A stretch of 59,201 nt of DNA, counting the filler, from Platydemus manokwari (taxonomy: Eukaryota): NCBI GenBank assembly GCA_037951405.1. It is 5 parts of 5 records of this genome, joined end to end, with 100 filler letters (N's around TTAATTAATTAA, not from the genome) between each part and the next. Parts side by side here need not be neighbours in the genome. Positions count along the whole stretch, not along the records: positions 1 to 9,292 come from JBBMOY011271095.1; positions 9,393 to 19,903 come from JBBMOY011127996.1; 3 more parts are not named here. One strand, given 5' to 3'. The notes beneath the pieces were generated by a model. The model did no database searches. It had not been told where the DNA came from and worked only from the letters and a program-made list of their open reading frames with translations. The stretch's first letter is position 1. Every line of letters starts with the position of its first letter. Below are positions 1 to 17,800 of the stretch, in pieces. Position numbers and translations under genes: made by a program.

Positions 1-48
1 AAATATCTGTGCTTAGTATTGCAGGCGCTCTTTATTTATATATGTATT

Positions 49-64
49 TGTGTGTGTGTGTGTG
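49..64. repeat. (TG)n microsatellite
   Basis: Uninterrupted run of about 8 TG units. Confidence 0.9.
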
Positions 65-84
65 TATTGAATATATTGAATATG

Positions 85-1330
85 TTCTTTCAACCATGGT
101 TTCTGATTAAATAATATTGACCAAATCGGTCATACTCATTTTAAAATAAAACTGAAGATTTCTACAATGAACAATATAATTATTTTTAATTTTTAAATCA
201 CAAATTAATAATTCTGATTGAGGAATCACTTCCTTCTTAATTGTTTCGCTTTTGATTTTCACTAAAAAAATCTAAAATCAACTTTTTTTCTTTTTTGGAC
301 CTAATAGAAAATCTTTTGTTTTTTCTTTACATTTATTTGTATATTCTGAGTCAACTTCTAAAATCATTCCTTCTTCTGCGTCTGGTGATAATTGTTTTAA
401 TATTGAGTTAAATACATCTAAATTATTATAATATTCGATACTTAACCATTTGAAATTATTATATGTTTCAGACATTGCCCAGCTATGTAAATCATTAGCA
501 TCAATACATAAGAGACAGTTTTTATCCAAAAATTTATTCATATCTAAAGTACTTCGTTCGTTAAATTCTTCTGCTACCTTTTTAAATTTAGGGTAATAAT
601 AATTTTCTAAATTATCATTAGTCAATTTATTATTTTGCACAGTTTTCCCATTACTGATGAAATTTCTCCTTTAATTCCTTGTTCAATCATTTCATACATC
701 ATTTGCTCTACTATTAATTTTAAGATTATATTTGTTACTTTTAACCCAGATTCCCATGTTAATGATGAAAATAAAGATAATGAGATGGATCAATATTTCT
801 TTGGGTAATATATTTACCTCTAAACAACTCTATTGCATCTGCTAATATATTTTTATCTTATTTTTAATATAAAGTTGTACGATTTTGTATAATTATATTT
901 ATTCCAAATGTTTTGAGCTTTTTGTGTTCTTCTTCTGTTATTCTACTTAATTTTAATTTAGAATTAAAACATTCAATTGGTGATAAAATAATTTCATTTA
1001 ACCTTTTAAAAGATGTTATATAATCATATGGATTAATTCTTTTTCTTTTATTATTTGATAATTATCTAAAAACTCTTTCTTAATTCCATGACTTCATCAT
1101 TTTTCAAATATTTACTTATATTATCCAAAGAGTTATGAAATAATCTTAATGAATCCTATTTTTTTTATTTCTAATGATCACAACGCACCCTGAATTTACA
1201 TTAACTTGTCATATATTATTTTTTCATGCAAGAAATACTTAGATACACCTAGTAAAACATTGTACATTGATACACACGATTATTGTGTGATAATTGTAGT
1301 TTTAAAAATTGTCAAAAGCACCCAAACCCA
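85..1330 (-). pseudogene. Decayed protein-primed family-B DNA polymerase (Maverick/Polinton/adintovirus-like)
   Basis: Minus-strand frames give collinear pPolB-like segments broken by stops and frameshifts: DSLRLFHNSLDNISKYL, KRINPYDYITSFKRL, ILADAIELFR, SSLTWESGLKVT, MYEMIEQGIKGEIS, CIDANDLHSWAMS (motif A, cf. YxDANxLYGWAMS), GMILEVDSEY, LICDLKIKNNYIVHCRNLQFY, QKPWLKEHI. ORF 278..640 is one piece. Boundaries are approximate. Confidence 0.85.
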
Positions 1331-3039
1331 ACAATTTCATCTATTTTATTCTGTTTTCATACTTATTTTAGTAGTTTTATTTTTTTTAGTATTTTAGTGT
1401 AGTTTTTTTTTTAATTTTTTTGTTTGGATCTTAATGCCTATTGATGTTTATTTATTTTCCTTACCCATGACTATTCGCATTTATTCACTTTTTTATTGAT
1501 TATTAGCCATTTATAAAGTTTTATTCTGCTATTTTGATATTATTTTAACGTAACTTATTATTATTAATATTGATCATGCTTTACTATTACACAGACACAC
1601 ATGTTGAATTAATCAAGATGTCTTAAAAATCGTTTTCGAATTTAAAAAAATAATATGTTGAATAAGTTCTCAAGTTAATAATTATTTTCTTGTGGGATTT
1701 CTTAAGTTTGCGTGTTATTTTTTGTTATCAATGTAATTTATCTCTCAACTTTTAGAATTTAGTGAAGAATATTTTCCGTTAAATCTAACTTGTAAACTTC
1801 TTATCACTAAATTGCAATTTATTAAAATGGTTGTCATTGGTTTTACATGAAATTGTGGAGATTATTGTTTCCGCATGAAGTTTTGTTTATAAATTCTCAA
1901 TTTATTTTGATTCACATTATATCTAAAAACCTAGTGAACTTAACAATGTTTTTCATTTATTGATTTAATTTATTTTTTAAACATAATTTATTCAGCTTTG
2001 ATATATAAAACTCTGAAACTAGTTTATAAAACACCCATTACAAAACAAACTCCATATTTAACTCATCGATTATCCTATAATCGCTACCTATAGGTCGAAA
2101 GTCTATTACTTAATTATCATTTTATTCATTAAGATATCTTAATCGGATTTAAAATCCAAAAACCATTGCAAAGTTTAATTCAGATCAATAACAATTATTT
2201 CGGAACCGATGTTTTTGTGATAATTCGGATACTCATCCAAAACACCCGAATAAAACCTATTTTACGTAAATACTCTAATATCGTGCTATTTCGACAAATA
2301 CAGAAGTTTCATCCATATTTCAAATGTCGACTATCTTTGTGAAATTCTATTTGTTTCGATAAAAAAAGGTACTCATAAATCAACAAACTGAATAAACTTT
2401 ATCTGAAGATATAAGGTGTTAAATATTTATTATATTAGTCTGTTAATCAACTTTTTTTATAAAAAACCTTTGGATTTACATTTTCCACTTTTCACGGTTC
2501 AATAATCTTCTAACAACCATTCAATCAGTCACTAGCATTCAACACTAGCAGACAATAAAAGCAGTAACAGAAGAGGTTCAAATTATTTTCGAAATAATCA
2601 AAAGATACAAACGAAACCGAGATAAAAACTAAAGTTAATGTATTTGTGAAATACAGTTATCATTTGTTTTCCAATTAAATAACCGAATATCAAACAATTT
2701 TCAAACCATATGAACACATTCGTGATTATTATTATTATTATGATTATTATTATTATTATATCACACAACAACATTTACCGATCTTAGATAATAGATAAAT
2801 AAACATCAAATCTACACCAAACAAGGCAATAACACATTTTTGCGGCTGTAAAAAAAATGGACAGTCCGGATATTTTATAAATCGATCTGAAAACATTTAA
2901 ACACATTCAATCAGCACCGCACAACAAACTAAATAAAAACCAATCATAAAAAGTATTGAAAACTCGACTTTAACTTCAAATGAACTCAAACAAAAATTGT
3001 TTCAAATAAAAGTTGAAGGTCTTTTTTTTTAATATTTAA

Positions 3040-8050
<5,011 letters not shown>

Positions 8051-9292
8051 CTAAGTGAAATGTGATCAATGTAATGATATTTTCGAAATGAAAAATTAAT
8101 TTCTTATATAGATAGAAGAAATCAGTATATATCATATCCTAATATCGATCGTTCAAATGGTCAGTAGGGATCAAGAGGTTTAACAAGCGATTTGGATTCA
8201 GACGAACCTTTTATCGCTTTTTAAATCGTTACTTTTTAATCAAATGAAAAATCTTAAATCATGTCAAAATCTGTGTAATTAATATATTTCCTTTGAAATT
8301 TTTTCTTTAATGTTCAATTTCAATTTATATAATTATATTTATATCATTATTATGTTTATATTATATTTATATAATCGTAAAATTACATTTTTTTATTCTA
8401 AACCTTTTTTATCGAAACATTCCATTTTGACCATAAAATCAATCATTGAAATCCAAAGAAAATATTATATATTTATATATTGTATAGCATATTATTTATA
8501 CATTAATAAATCTAGAAAATTTTGTTTCAAATTAGATTCTTTCCTTTATTCAGCAAATAAATATCTTCAAAGATAATCAACAAAAAATAGATTTCATCAA
8601 AAGAATAAAATTAAAACATATTTTAAAAACCAACAACTATATCTCAGTACAAATTATTCACATTAAATTCAAAACGAACATTTGCAACAAAATGTAATCG
8701 ACTATCGTTAGTGAATTGAATATTCTAAATTTACAAGCCATCACTCTCTCTATAAATAATTCGCCTTCGATCAATATCCATACACATTTATCGAAAATAT
8801 TAACTAGATTATAACAGATAATTATAAATGACAATTAATATGTCATTTAATGGATCATATATATGATTATAATTATTTATAACTAGTGTATATCCATTAG
8901 TTCCAATCACTGATGAAATTAAATATAAAAATAATATTTAATAAAAACTAAAGTTGTAAATAATTTGATGTTAAAACAGAAAATAAAAAGCGCAATTTTA
9001 TAAACAGATTGTATAATATTGTCATCTCGACACTCTTGAGACGAATAAATCATTCATTTTGGATTAATAAGCTTTTCCCATATATTAATCATATATTCTA
9101 TAATTGATGAATATTAATGAATTTGGCGGAAAATTCGGCCATGGCGCTACTTTCAATACCTGCTAATTTTATTGACGGCTTAAATACTCAATTCTATATT
9201 AAACATTAGTTGATTATTTACTAATATACCCTGTGAAACATAGTACAATCATTAGATCCCATACATTAATTAACAATAAATTCGACAATCAT

Positions 9293-9392
9293 NNNNNNNN
9301 NNNNNNNNNNNNNNNNNNNNNNNNNNNNNNNNNNNNTTAATTAATTAANNNNNNNNNNNNNNNNNNNNNNNNNNNNNNNNNNNNNNNNNNNN
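9293..9392. other. Assembly gap with artificial six-frame-stop linker
   Basis: 44 N + TTAATTAATTAA (9337-9348) + 44 N. Confidence 0.98.
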
Positions 9393-11879
9393 TCTTCTTC
9401 ATCAGTAACTGCTACTACCAACAAACAAACTCAACAACCAACGACCGGATCTCAAACAGTTACTTCTCATCAAAATACTTCGAGAACTGTTTGCACATGT
9501 CCACCTGAATTACATACTCAACCACTTGATAATCCTTGTCCTCCACCTAAATGTCATCATCATCCCAATTGCCCAGTTTATAAAAATTTTTATAACATCT
9601 CATACGTGTCGAAAAATAATTTCTCGAATGTGAACACAGCTATTGCTCAAATTAATGTCGTCAATATTAATATTAATAATCATTTCAATGGTATTGGATG
9701 TGGTGGCATCAGCAATTGCCAAAATGCAGAAATATCGCTGATGGAAAATTCTGAAACCAATATCGTCTTACATATTCTTAATAAAACAATCAGCATTGAT
9801 AAGAAAACATTTGCTGTTACAACTGTAGATGATAATGACAATAAACCGATTGTTGCACAATTGAATTCTGATAAACACGAAATACGATACCGTGCTGACA
9901 ATATTTATAATAATAATAGTAATTATAATAATAATATTATAATAAATATTCCACAAACCCATCGAAAATTTTTATTACACGCAGAATGCAACATTCTCAG
10001 AGTATTTAATTGTAAGTCAATTATTTTATCTTGACAATGTTTTGACATGTATTTAGATATCAATCATCAAACTTACATTTTGAAAACCGATGGTACCGTC
10101 TACAGAATTACAGCTGATGGAAACATTGATCTTTCATTTAAGCCAGTCACTATTTGTAAAGATGTGTTCGAAGCTGATTCGATGTATTTTGATGAGAGAA
10201 TTCAGAAACTTATATTATTTAAAGGTTTACAATTTTGATTTAAACCAAATAATTTTATAAAAACTTTAGATAATAAAGTCTTTATCGCTTCTGGTGTTGA
10301 TTTATCCAATTTGAAAATCACTGAAGTCAATATTGTTTCACAAGGATTGTCATCGAGTGAAAAAGTTAATGCATGCCTTTGTGAGAAACAGAAAAATATA
10401 AATTTTTCTAAAATGTGGATTATCAAGGTAAAATTTAAAATTTTTGTAAAAAGTTAATTTAATTTTTACTCATTAGAACAACAAAGCATTCAGTGGTATT
10501 TTAAGAGGTAATACTCTATCCATTTCTAACGATCAAACCGTTATATCTGATATCATATATGACAAACTTAATAAATCATCGATTGTCAATGTCAGTTCCA
10601 CGTTTGTCATGAAATCAAACGGAGTTGATAAATTGCATTTAGTTAATGGAAATAAGTACTGTTTTGCAATAATTTTATTCTTTTTATAAATACTTTATTT
10701 AGAATTTATGTTGTTGAAAACAAATACGTTTCAAATGGATTTTTTGAAATAAACTCTAGCAATTGGACAACATTGGATAAATTGATGAAGTAAATAGATT
10801 TTTAACTATTAATGTAGATTTTCAATTTTTTTTCGTTTTTAGTTACCCGTGTGGTTCTCACATCAATCAAATCAACTTTGGCGATGAAAAAGTTGACCAT
10901 TTAATTATGTCAACTGATAAAATCCAAGAACATTACACCGGCAATGTTGAGAAAAACAAACAAATCACCCGTGGTCTTACAACTTCTCAAACACCAACAA
11001 CGAAACATATCAAATATTCTACTTCCATTACTAATTTAGCAGGCAAATGTGGAGCTCAAAAAATTATAAAAATATTCAATTGTGTGTGATAATTGATTAA
11101 TTATTTGTCAATTGATGGCTCATTTAGATCTGGACAGCATATATGTGCTCACTGAATCCCATCATGTATTAAGATTGAAAAATTTCACATTAGATACCAG
11201 TTTCAAATCTATTATCATGGATTCCAGATTTGCTAATGCTGATTCCTTTTTCTTTGATTCAAGTCGAAATGAATTGGTGGCTTTTAAAGGTATTTTATAA
11301 TTAATTCCCTTTCAGAAATAGATTTAATAATACACATAGACGATTCAATTATTGTTGGAAGTGGAACTGATCTTAACAATTTCATAAATGTCAGAACTGT
11401 TTTATGGCGTAATTATCCTGGAAAGATAACCAATTCCTTTCTGAGAGTTATAACTAAAGATGTCACGATTTTATCTTCGATCCAAGTAAGATTTTTTCTA
11501 TGATTTAAAATATTGGATTGAATTTTAATTTTCTAAATTCAGAATAACAAGCTTATCACAATTTCTCTGACATCGTCTTCTGCTGAATCGCATTCGAGTA
11601 CTCGTACTGTTTCAGATATCATCAATTTTAATGGAAATCCAATACCACCAATCACATCAGCATTTGTCACAACTTTTAACACCAAGAGGGCTGGCAAGAA
11701 CATTCAACATTTGTATTTATTTTCTGGTCAAAAGTAAGTTGATCGACAACAATATGTTTTTCTCTCATAACTCATAATTCAGTTTGTTCCAAGGCCAACA
11801 ATACGGATCTCATATAAACTCTGCATACTCTTTTACAAAGGATAAATCTTACCAAATTCAATATTCAATAGAATGTTAA
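9393..11879 (+). CDS. Probable extracellular protein with S/T-rich and C/P/H-rich stalk and two tandem divergent hemopexin-like domains; 5'-partial, 10 exons
   Basis: Exons 9393-10011, 10057-10224, 10270-10427, 10477-10655, 10703-10789, 10843-11081, 11128-11289, 11340-11485, 11543-11733, 11783-11879 (TAA). All nine introns are GT-AG and 45-57 nt, and splicing gives one uninterrupted frame. Hemopexin-repeat-like blades: ADSMYFDERIQKLILFKDNKVF, VNACLCEK..MWIIKNNKAF, VSSTFVMK..KLHLVNGNKIY, ADSFFFDSSRNELVAFKDDSII, ITSAFVTT..HLYLFSGQNLF. Each domain opens and closes with Cys. Gene structure is well supported; the fold call is by eye. Confidence 0.85.
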
Positions 11880-11910
11880 ATATTTTTTAACTATATTTCA
11901 TTTTGGATTC

Positions 11911-11916
11911 AATAAA
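11911..11916 (+). promoter_or_regulatory. Candidate polyadenylation signal of the hemopexin-like gene
   Basis: AATAAA about 30 nt after the stop codon, followed by T-rich sequence. Confidence 0.5.
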
Positions 11917-13756
11917 ATGTCTGTACATTTTCGATTAAATATATTTTTGTATTTTTTTAATTGATTTTTAAATTAAGATAAAAATTAAAATTAATATTTT
12001 TTGAATATTTTTTTATAATTACTTTTGCATTTAAATTGAAAATTTATTTGATAAAAATCGAGTCAGATTTCAGATTCAAAACAATTTGAAATATAGTTTA
12101 AATGAAACTATTTTATCTATTTGATAGATCCCGATCGATAGCTTAGAAATCGTACAAACAGAACATTTGTTTTGCAGTTCTAATCAGCACTTTCGATTTA
12201 CAAACTGTCGTCATTAAATTACTGAACAGTAATTTCATTATGGGTAATATTGCAATAAGGTGTTCATGAAGACTCCATCAATATTTTTTTACCAAATTCT
12301 TTTAAAATAAACCACTAACGTGTTAAATAGAAAAAGGCTTTTAATATTATATATTGTTGAGTAAAAAAAATCTTGCATAAGACAAACGATTTTGCGATTT
12401 GGAACCTTCATTTTATCGCTTGTACAGTAACGCACATCGGGATTAGCCAATCTTGAATGCACAAAATCAATAAATTCAATTGGAAATGGAGAAACAAAAG
12501 ATCAAATCAAAACGTTATGCACAGATTGACACAAATCTCAAATATAAATAGAAGGCTAATTGCCATTAGGAAGCCGAGTTTTATGCCGTTGTTTAATATT
12601 GATTTGTTGAATTTTAAAGTCGTTTTTGTACGTAATGATCAGTAGATCTCAGTGAAATATAATTTGCAACCTTCAATTCTTTTGGATTTCATAAATATAT
12701 AATAACGAGTAAAATATTCATGGAAACCAAAGAAATAGCTCTCGAAGGGTCGATATACATAGATACGACAAGCGCACATGCCAATTACCAACCAGGTTCT
12801 TCCTATACATAAGTACAGATTTAGAACTGGATAATAAATTGACATCCAGATAACAGAAATTGAGATATACTCATGACACGGGAGTTGCATGAAAAATTTC
12901 TAGGAGAATGATGTATGAAAGGTCTGAGATATCAAGTGAACATCACGGTAAGCCAACAAAAGGAATTGGATCTCTTAATTATTATTTTGTGTGATTTTTA
13001 CTCTATTTTCTGACAACCAATATATATCATTGTTTTCATTGTCGTTGTTTAACATTATGGTACTTATTCCCCCGATTATTCGTTGGTTATTAAGTGTAAC
13101 TAATAATGTTAATAGTGAATCAACGATTTTTCAACCGATAACTTACTATGTAATTAAATGAGATGCTGTTAATTAGAGATTGATGTTTTCATAAATATCT
13201 GAAACTTCACAGATTAATAGGTTGCGTGTAAATGAGTTATATAAATATTAATAAGAACAACAATAATCCAATAACGAAATACTTTATTATCAAATGTGTT
13301 ATGCTGTGAAATTAAAAGGAGTAAGCTGTTGTGCCCTGAAGATTTATCAGGAACTAAGTGGCGCCCTACTGCGGTATATAAACTAAAGAAGTACTGATTT
13401 TAGACTCACAAATTCAGTGACGACTTTGTGAGTTTTAATATTCTCTGACAACAAATCTCCTTTCGGAGAATGACATCAGATGAACAGTTAAAATTTACCA
13501 TATTGATTGAATCCAAGATATGTGAATTAATTGAATATCAGAAATTAGTGTTAAAGCTGAAAATTGAGAATAGCGTCTGAGCTGAAATTAATCTTCGTTG
13601 ATTATCTGAGCGTAGCTAATTACTTTTTCTCGAATTTGCTTCTACGTTTTTTGTGGTGAAAATATTGAATTTTACTTCAGTATTTATACGGATTTGGGAT
13701 GTGGGCGAACGATTAATTTTATTTCTGATTTATCGATTCCCTTAGTGATATCCATC

Positions 13757-13818
13757 GTTGTCATGGCAATTACATTTAAATTTGAATTTCTATGACTGTC
13801 TCTGATTGCCATGGCAAC
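13757..13818. promoter_or_regulatory. Pair of RFX X-box-like motifs
   Basis: GTTGTCATGGCAAT (13757-13770) and ATTGCCATGGCAAC (13805-13818, one mismatch from GTTGCCATGGCAAC), with starts 48 nt apart. Confidence 0.45.
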
Positions 13819-14289
13819 GTGGACTATTAATAATTTTTTCAAAAAATTTTACAGTTATTATTGATGTCATTGCGCCCACACGTCTACATTTTAATTAATG
13901 TGGGTTTTCTGTTTTTATTTATCACGCGGTTTATTATGCATTATCTAGTATGTAATTTATAGGCTTGCAGCCTGCATGGGTATTATCTCGATATTTCTAA
14001 CATAATTTTGTCCAATATTTTGAATTTTCTTTCTTGTTATTATGATAATTTTCATTAAAGTATAAACATATTCTTCATTTGTTTATAGAAAAGACATAAT
14101 CTCATAGCATAGTATTAAATTAAAAAAAACTTAGCAATAGTTTTCATATATAATAGCATCAATTAATCATTTATTAAAATAAAGTTTAAAAGCCCCTAAT
14201 TTCAATAGGTTAGGCACTAAACTTTGAAATTTATTTACAAAATACCATGCATATGTAAAATAAATTTTAAATGAAATGAAAACAACGAA

Positions 14290-14830
14290 TAGCAGTCCAA
14301 GAAGTTTACATCATTTTCAATTTCTTCACGTAGATGTTTTTGGCACCCAATAAGTGATGTTATGACGATTGATATGACTTTGTTTGAAATGTGCTTCATC
14401 AAATCAAAATACTTCGTGGGAAATGAAGTATATTCTGGATGTTTTTAACGAAGACTTCGCAAAACTCGATCTGGTTTATCCTTATGCATTGCCTGCACAG
14501 ATGTGTACCATAAGCCTTCAGTTTTGATTTGACTAAGTAATGGACGAAGAGGTTTTGAAAATATTTAATTTTATCGATACACGCCTTGTCGACATTGTTA
14601 GGCTGTGAGATTTCTTTCTTGCAAGATTTCCTGGACTGCAGATCGTGGCAAGCCTGTTTTTGAACCTGTATCTTTGAAATGCTTAATAAGCTTGGAATCA
14701 GTATCATGCTTGAAATTTCTTTTTAAACGAACGACACATTTTTTGATTTATTTTCATAAAAAGTTTTGACAACGAAGACTTTTTGATCTCTGTTTAGTCG
14801 CTGAGTATGTCTTTTATTTTTAAAATAGGA
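14290..14830 (-). mobile_element. Decayed Tc1/Tc3-like (DUF4817-type HTH) transposase fragment
   Basis: Frameshifted minus-strand pieces: RLNRDQKVFVVKTF, LIKHFKDTGS, GLPRSA, MSTRRVS, VHYLVKSKLKAY, FCEVFVKNIQN, DEAHFKQSHINRHNITYW (cf. DEAxFxxxGxVNxxNxxYW with the first catalytic Asp). Boundaries are approximate. Confidence 0.75.
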
Positions 14831-17800
14831 TTTAAAATGCAATGAAGTTATAGCCAGTTTAAAGTTTCAGATTGTGTGAGTGGTTGTGAAAATGTACAAG
14901 GATATTAATAATGACGTATTTGTAGATATGTTCTAGCCAGTCATTATTCGTTACAGTGCTTGTTAGATTTGTAGATGAGTAATTAACTGACACTTTTGGT
15001 ATTCATATAATACCTTTAGTGAACTGAATAAACGTTTTAGCCTACATTTGCGGTATGCTCTTTATTGATTCGACATTTTGTTCAATAATAAGATGTTGAA
15101 AATTGATCTTGCCAAGATCTGTGGTTATATACTTTTCATGGTCCATATTTTTATTTAACAATTGTTTATTATATAGTATAATAAATTATCCCCCAATAAT
15201 TTAATATTACTTCTCATAATCTAAAATTTTAATTTACATCAATTATTCCGCAGTACGACAAATATAATAATTTATGTTTCTTAATAACAATACCAATTAT
15301 AATGTCATAGATACCCATGATAAACAATCGATGTAACATTGCTACACAAAAATATTATTTTTAATATCCATAGAGGAAAATTGAAAATTAATATTTGTAA
15401 TATTGATTGATTATATAAGTTTGAAAAGGAAGAATAGTGTAAAAGCTTAAACAGCTTGTCTCAATACTGTGATCCTCTGAGAATTTGATAGAATTTAATA
15501 GTTCCATCTATATATTTGATTAATTTTACCATTTATGTTGTACCTCTTAAAAATTGATGTTCAGTAAATTTTACGTCTAAAATTATATGTTGTCTCTGAC
15601 TTACCATTGACAGAAGGCAGTTACAAATAAATAATAGTAAAATTAAAAATAAACCTACAATTAAAATCATGTAAAAATCACAACCTTAGGCTGAATAGAC
15701 GTCGTTCACCTCTGCGATCTCCATGTTGCTTTGTTTCTTGTTTTGTCAATAAATATTTATTATTATTTCTGATGTCGTAGTAATCATAGATTAAAAAGAT
15801 AAAATTTAATTTATTATAAGCCTTGGTTTAGTAATTGGAAAATTTTAGGATGCACCTAAAATTATTGTCTTGGGTTAAGCGAAGTTGGCACTTTGAAGGC
15901 AGATAAATATTGATCCTATTTCATTAAATTTCATAATTGACTTGAACTATAATGGAGCAGCTGCATTGAGTTTGAATAAGCAGGATATTTATAATGTGAA
16001 AAAGTTAATTTTATTTAAATTGAATTCGAGCTTAAATTGAAAGAATATATTGAAACTACTTAGACAAATTGGTACTAAGCAACGATGTATTTGGTGAAAT
16101 GAGTAAAGCGTTGAATTATATTATGCATATAAGCCTAATTACTGTTATTTCTTATTCTTTTTAATGATTTTAGATCTTGGATCACCGTCGTTGTATAATC
16201 ATTCTCGGTGAGTTTCTGGTTAAGGCATCAGGTGTAATTCTACCTTATTAAATTTAATATTTTCATTTCGTGCCTTATACCGTATGAAGACGATAAAAAC
16301 GACAACAATTTCCTATAACTTATTATCAATATTACAACCAGTCTGTTTACCTCAATTCTTGCTTATACAAATTTTATACCCTATGGTTCTTTGCAGTCTC
16401 GATTTATTTTTGTCGATCGAAAACCAACCAAAAGGATTTGAGTCAAAGCTTGATAATAAGAAATTAAGATTGTTATATAATTGGTCAGTGCTTTACATAA
16501 ATTGACGTTTATTTAACATTATAGGCTGATTGACAAATGGTCTGCATATCGAAGGGTATATACAGGATGATCATAGATCTTTATTGAATGTTGAGCTAAC
16601 GCCTTCATTCGAATTAGTGGTTTTCAAATTAATGAGTCTTGAATACTGACTCTTCCCCTTATTTATATAGTTATTCCTTGTGTGCGTATATCTGCCCCAT
16701 TATTTATTTAATGTAACGAATTTATTTAAATTCCCCCTGATATTTTGAAATATATTGTTACATTTTTATTCTCTTAATAAGAATAATCTTTTATATTATC
16801 GTCTTTGAATTTGTATTCTATTTAATATACGATTCTCAAATTTCAGCACTGTAACCATTTTTACTGCAATATTAATAAATTATACAGCTATAACAATTGT
16901 TACTTCAGTTTAACAAAATATAGAGGATTATTTATCATGCAAATGAATTCATCTTAAAATAATGTTATTGAAATGGCTATATTGTTACAGAAATGTCATC
17001 TTTTTGAAAACACCAACAATCGTAAAACGTAAAAAATTTTAATAAATTTTTAATAAAGGTAATAAATTTTAATAAGTTGAAAATTCTCTCATACTTGTTA
17101 ATACTCAATAAATGAGTGCAGTCTATTTGAATTAAGAAAGAGTCCATAGACATAAGACAATTAATCGAATGCTTTTATTTATACCGCACCATTCTACACA
17201 AAGAAATTTGACTCAATTGCGCATTGGTTTTTAAAATAGAAAACATTTTTTCTTTTTAATTATTCTAAACACTTTGGAATTTGTTTATAAATAATGTTAA
17301 AAGACGTTTTTCTTTCAATATGTTAATAAAGTATGTGTGATCTAAGTTAATAGATATCTCGTTACCCGACACGTTAAATTTTGCGTGGTTTATTTTTCAA
17401 CTCTACTATCTTTCGCTTTATTGACTCCCGGCTTTTTAATTTGCTCAATGTATTACTTTTGTTTATAGATTCTTTGACGCTTGTTTTAATCATTATTTTT
17501 TTCGATTTATGGTTTATTTATTGTTAGTGTTTATGAATCCGTGACAGCAGCATATTAAAATAAATAGTATCAAAAATTAACATAATTATTATTGATTTCT
17601 TTTGTTTATAATACTTGTGATCTTTAAGCTTATAAAAACTAAAGAGAAGGTAACGAAAATATAAATTTTATTTGTTTATCCATGAAATAATTTCGACCTG
17701 CTTGAGTCTGATGAATGGCTTCTAGTCACTGATAAATATTTATTTTAATAGTACATAAATCAATGTGTTTCACAGTATCAATGTATGAATCAAAAGTACC

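Noticed and set aside
9337-9348. TTAATTAATTAA palindrome recurring four times
   Set aside because: Always centred in a 100-nt N block; an artificial stop-in-all-frames spacer, not biology.
13355-13375. TGGCGCCC as a tRNA-Lys primer-binding site
   Set aside because: Only 8 nt match, with no LTR or gag following.
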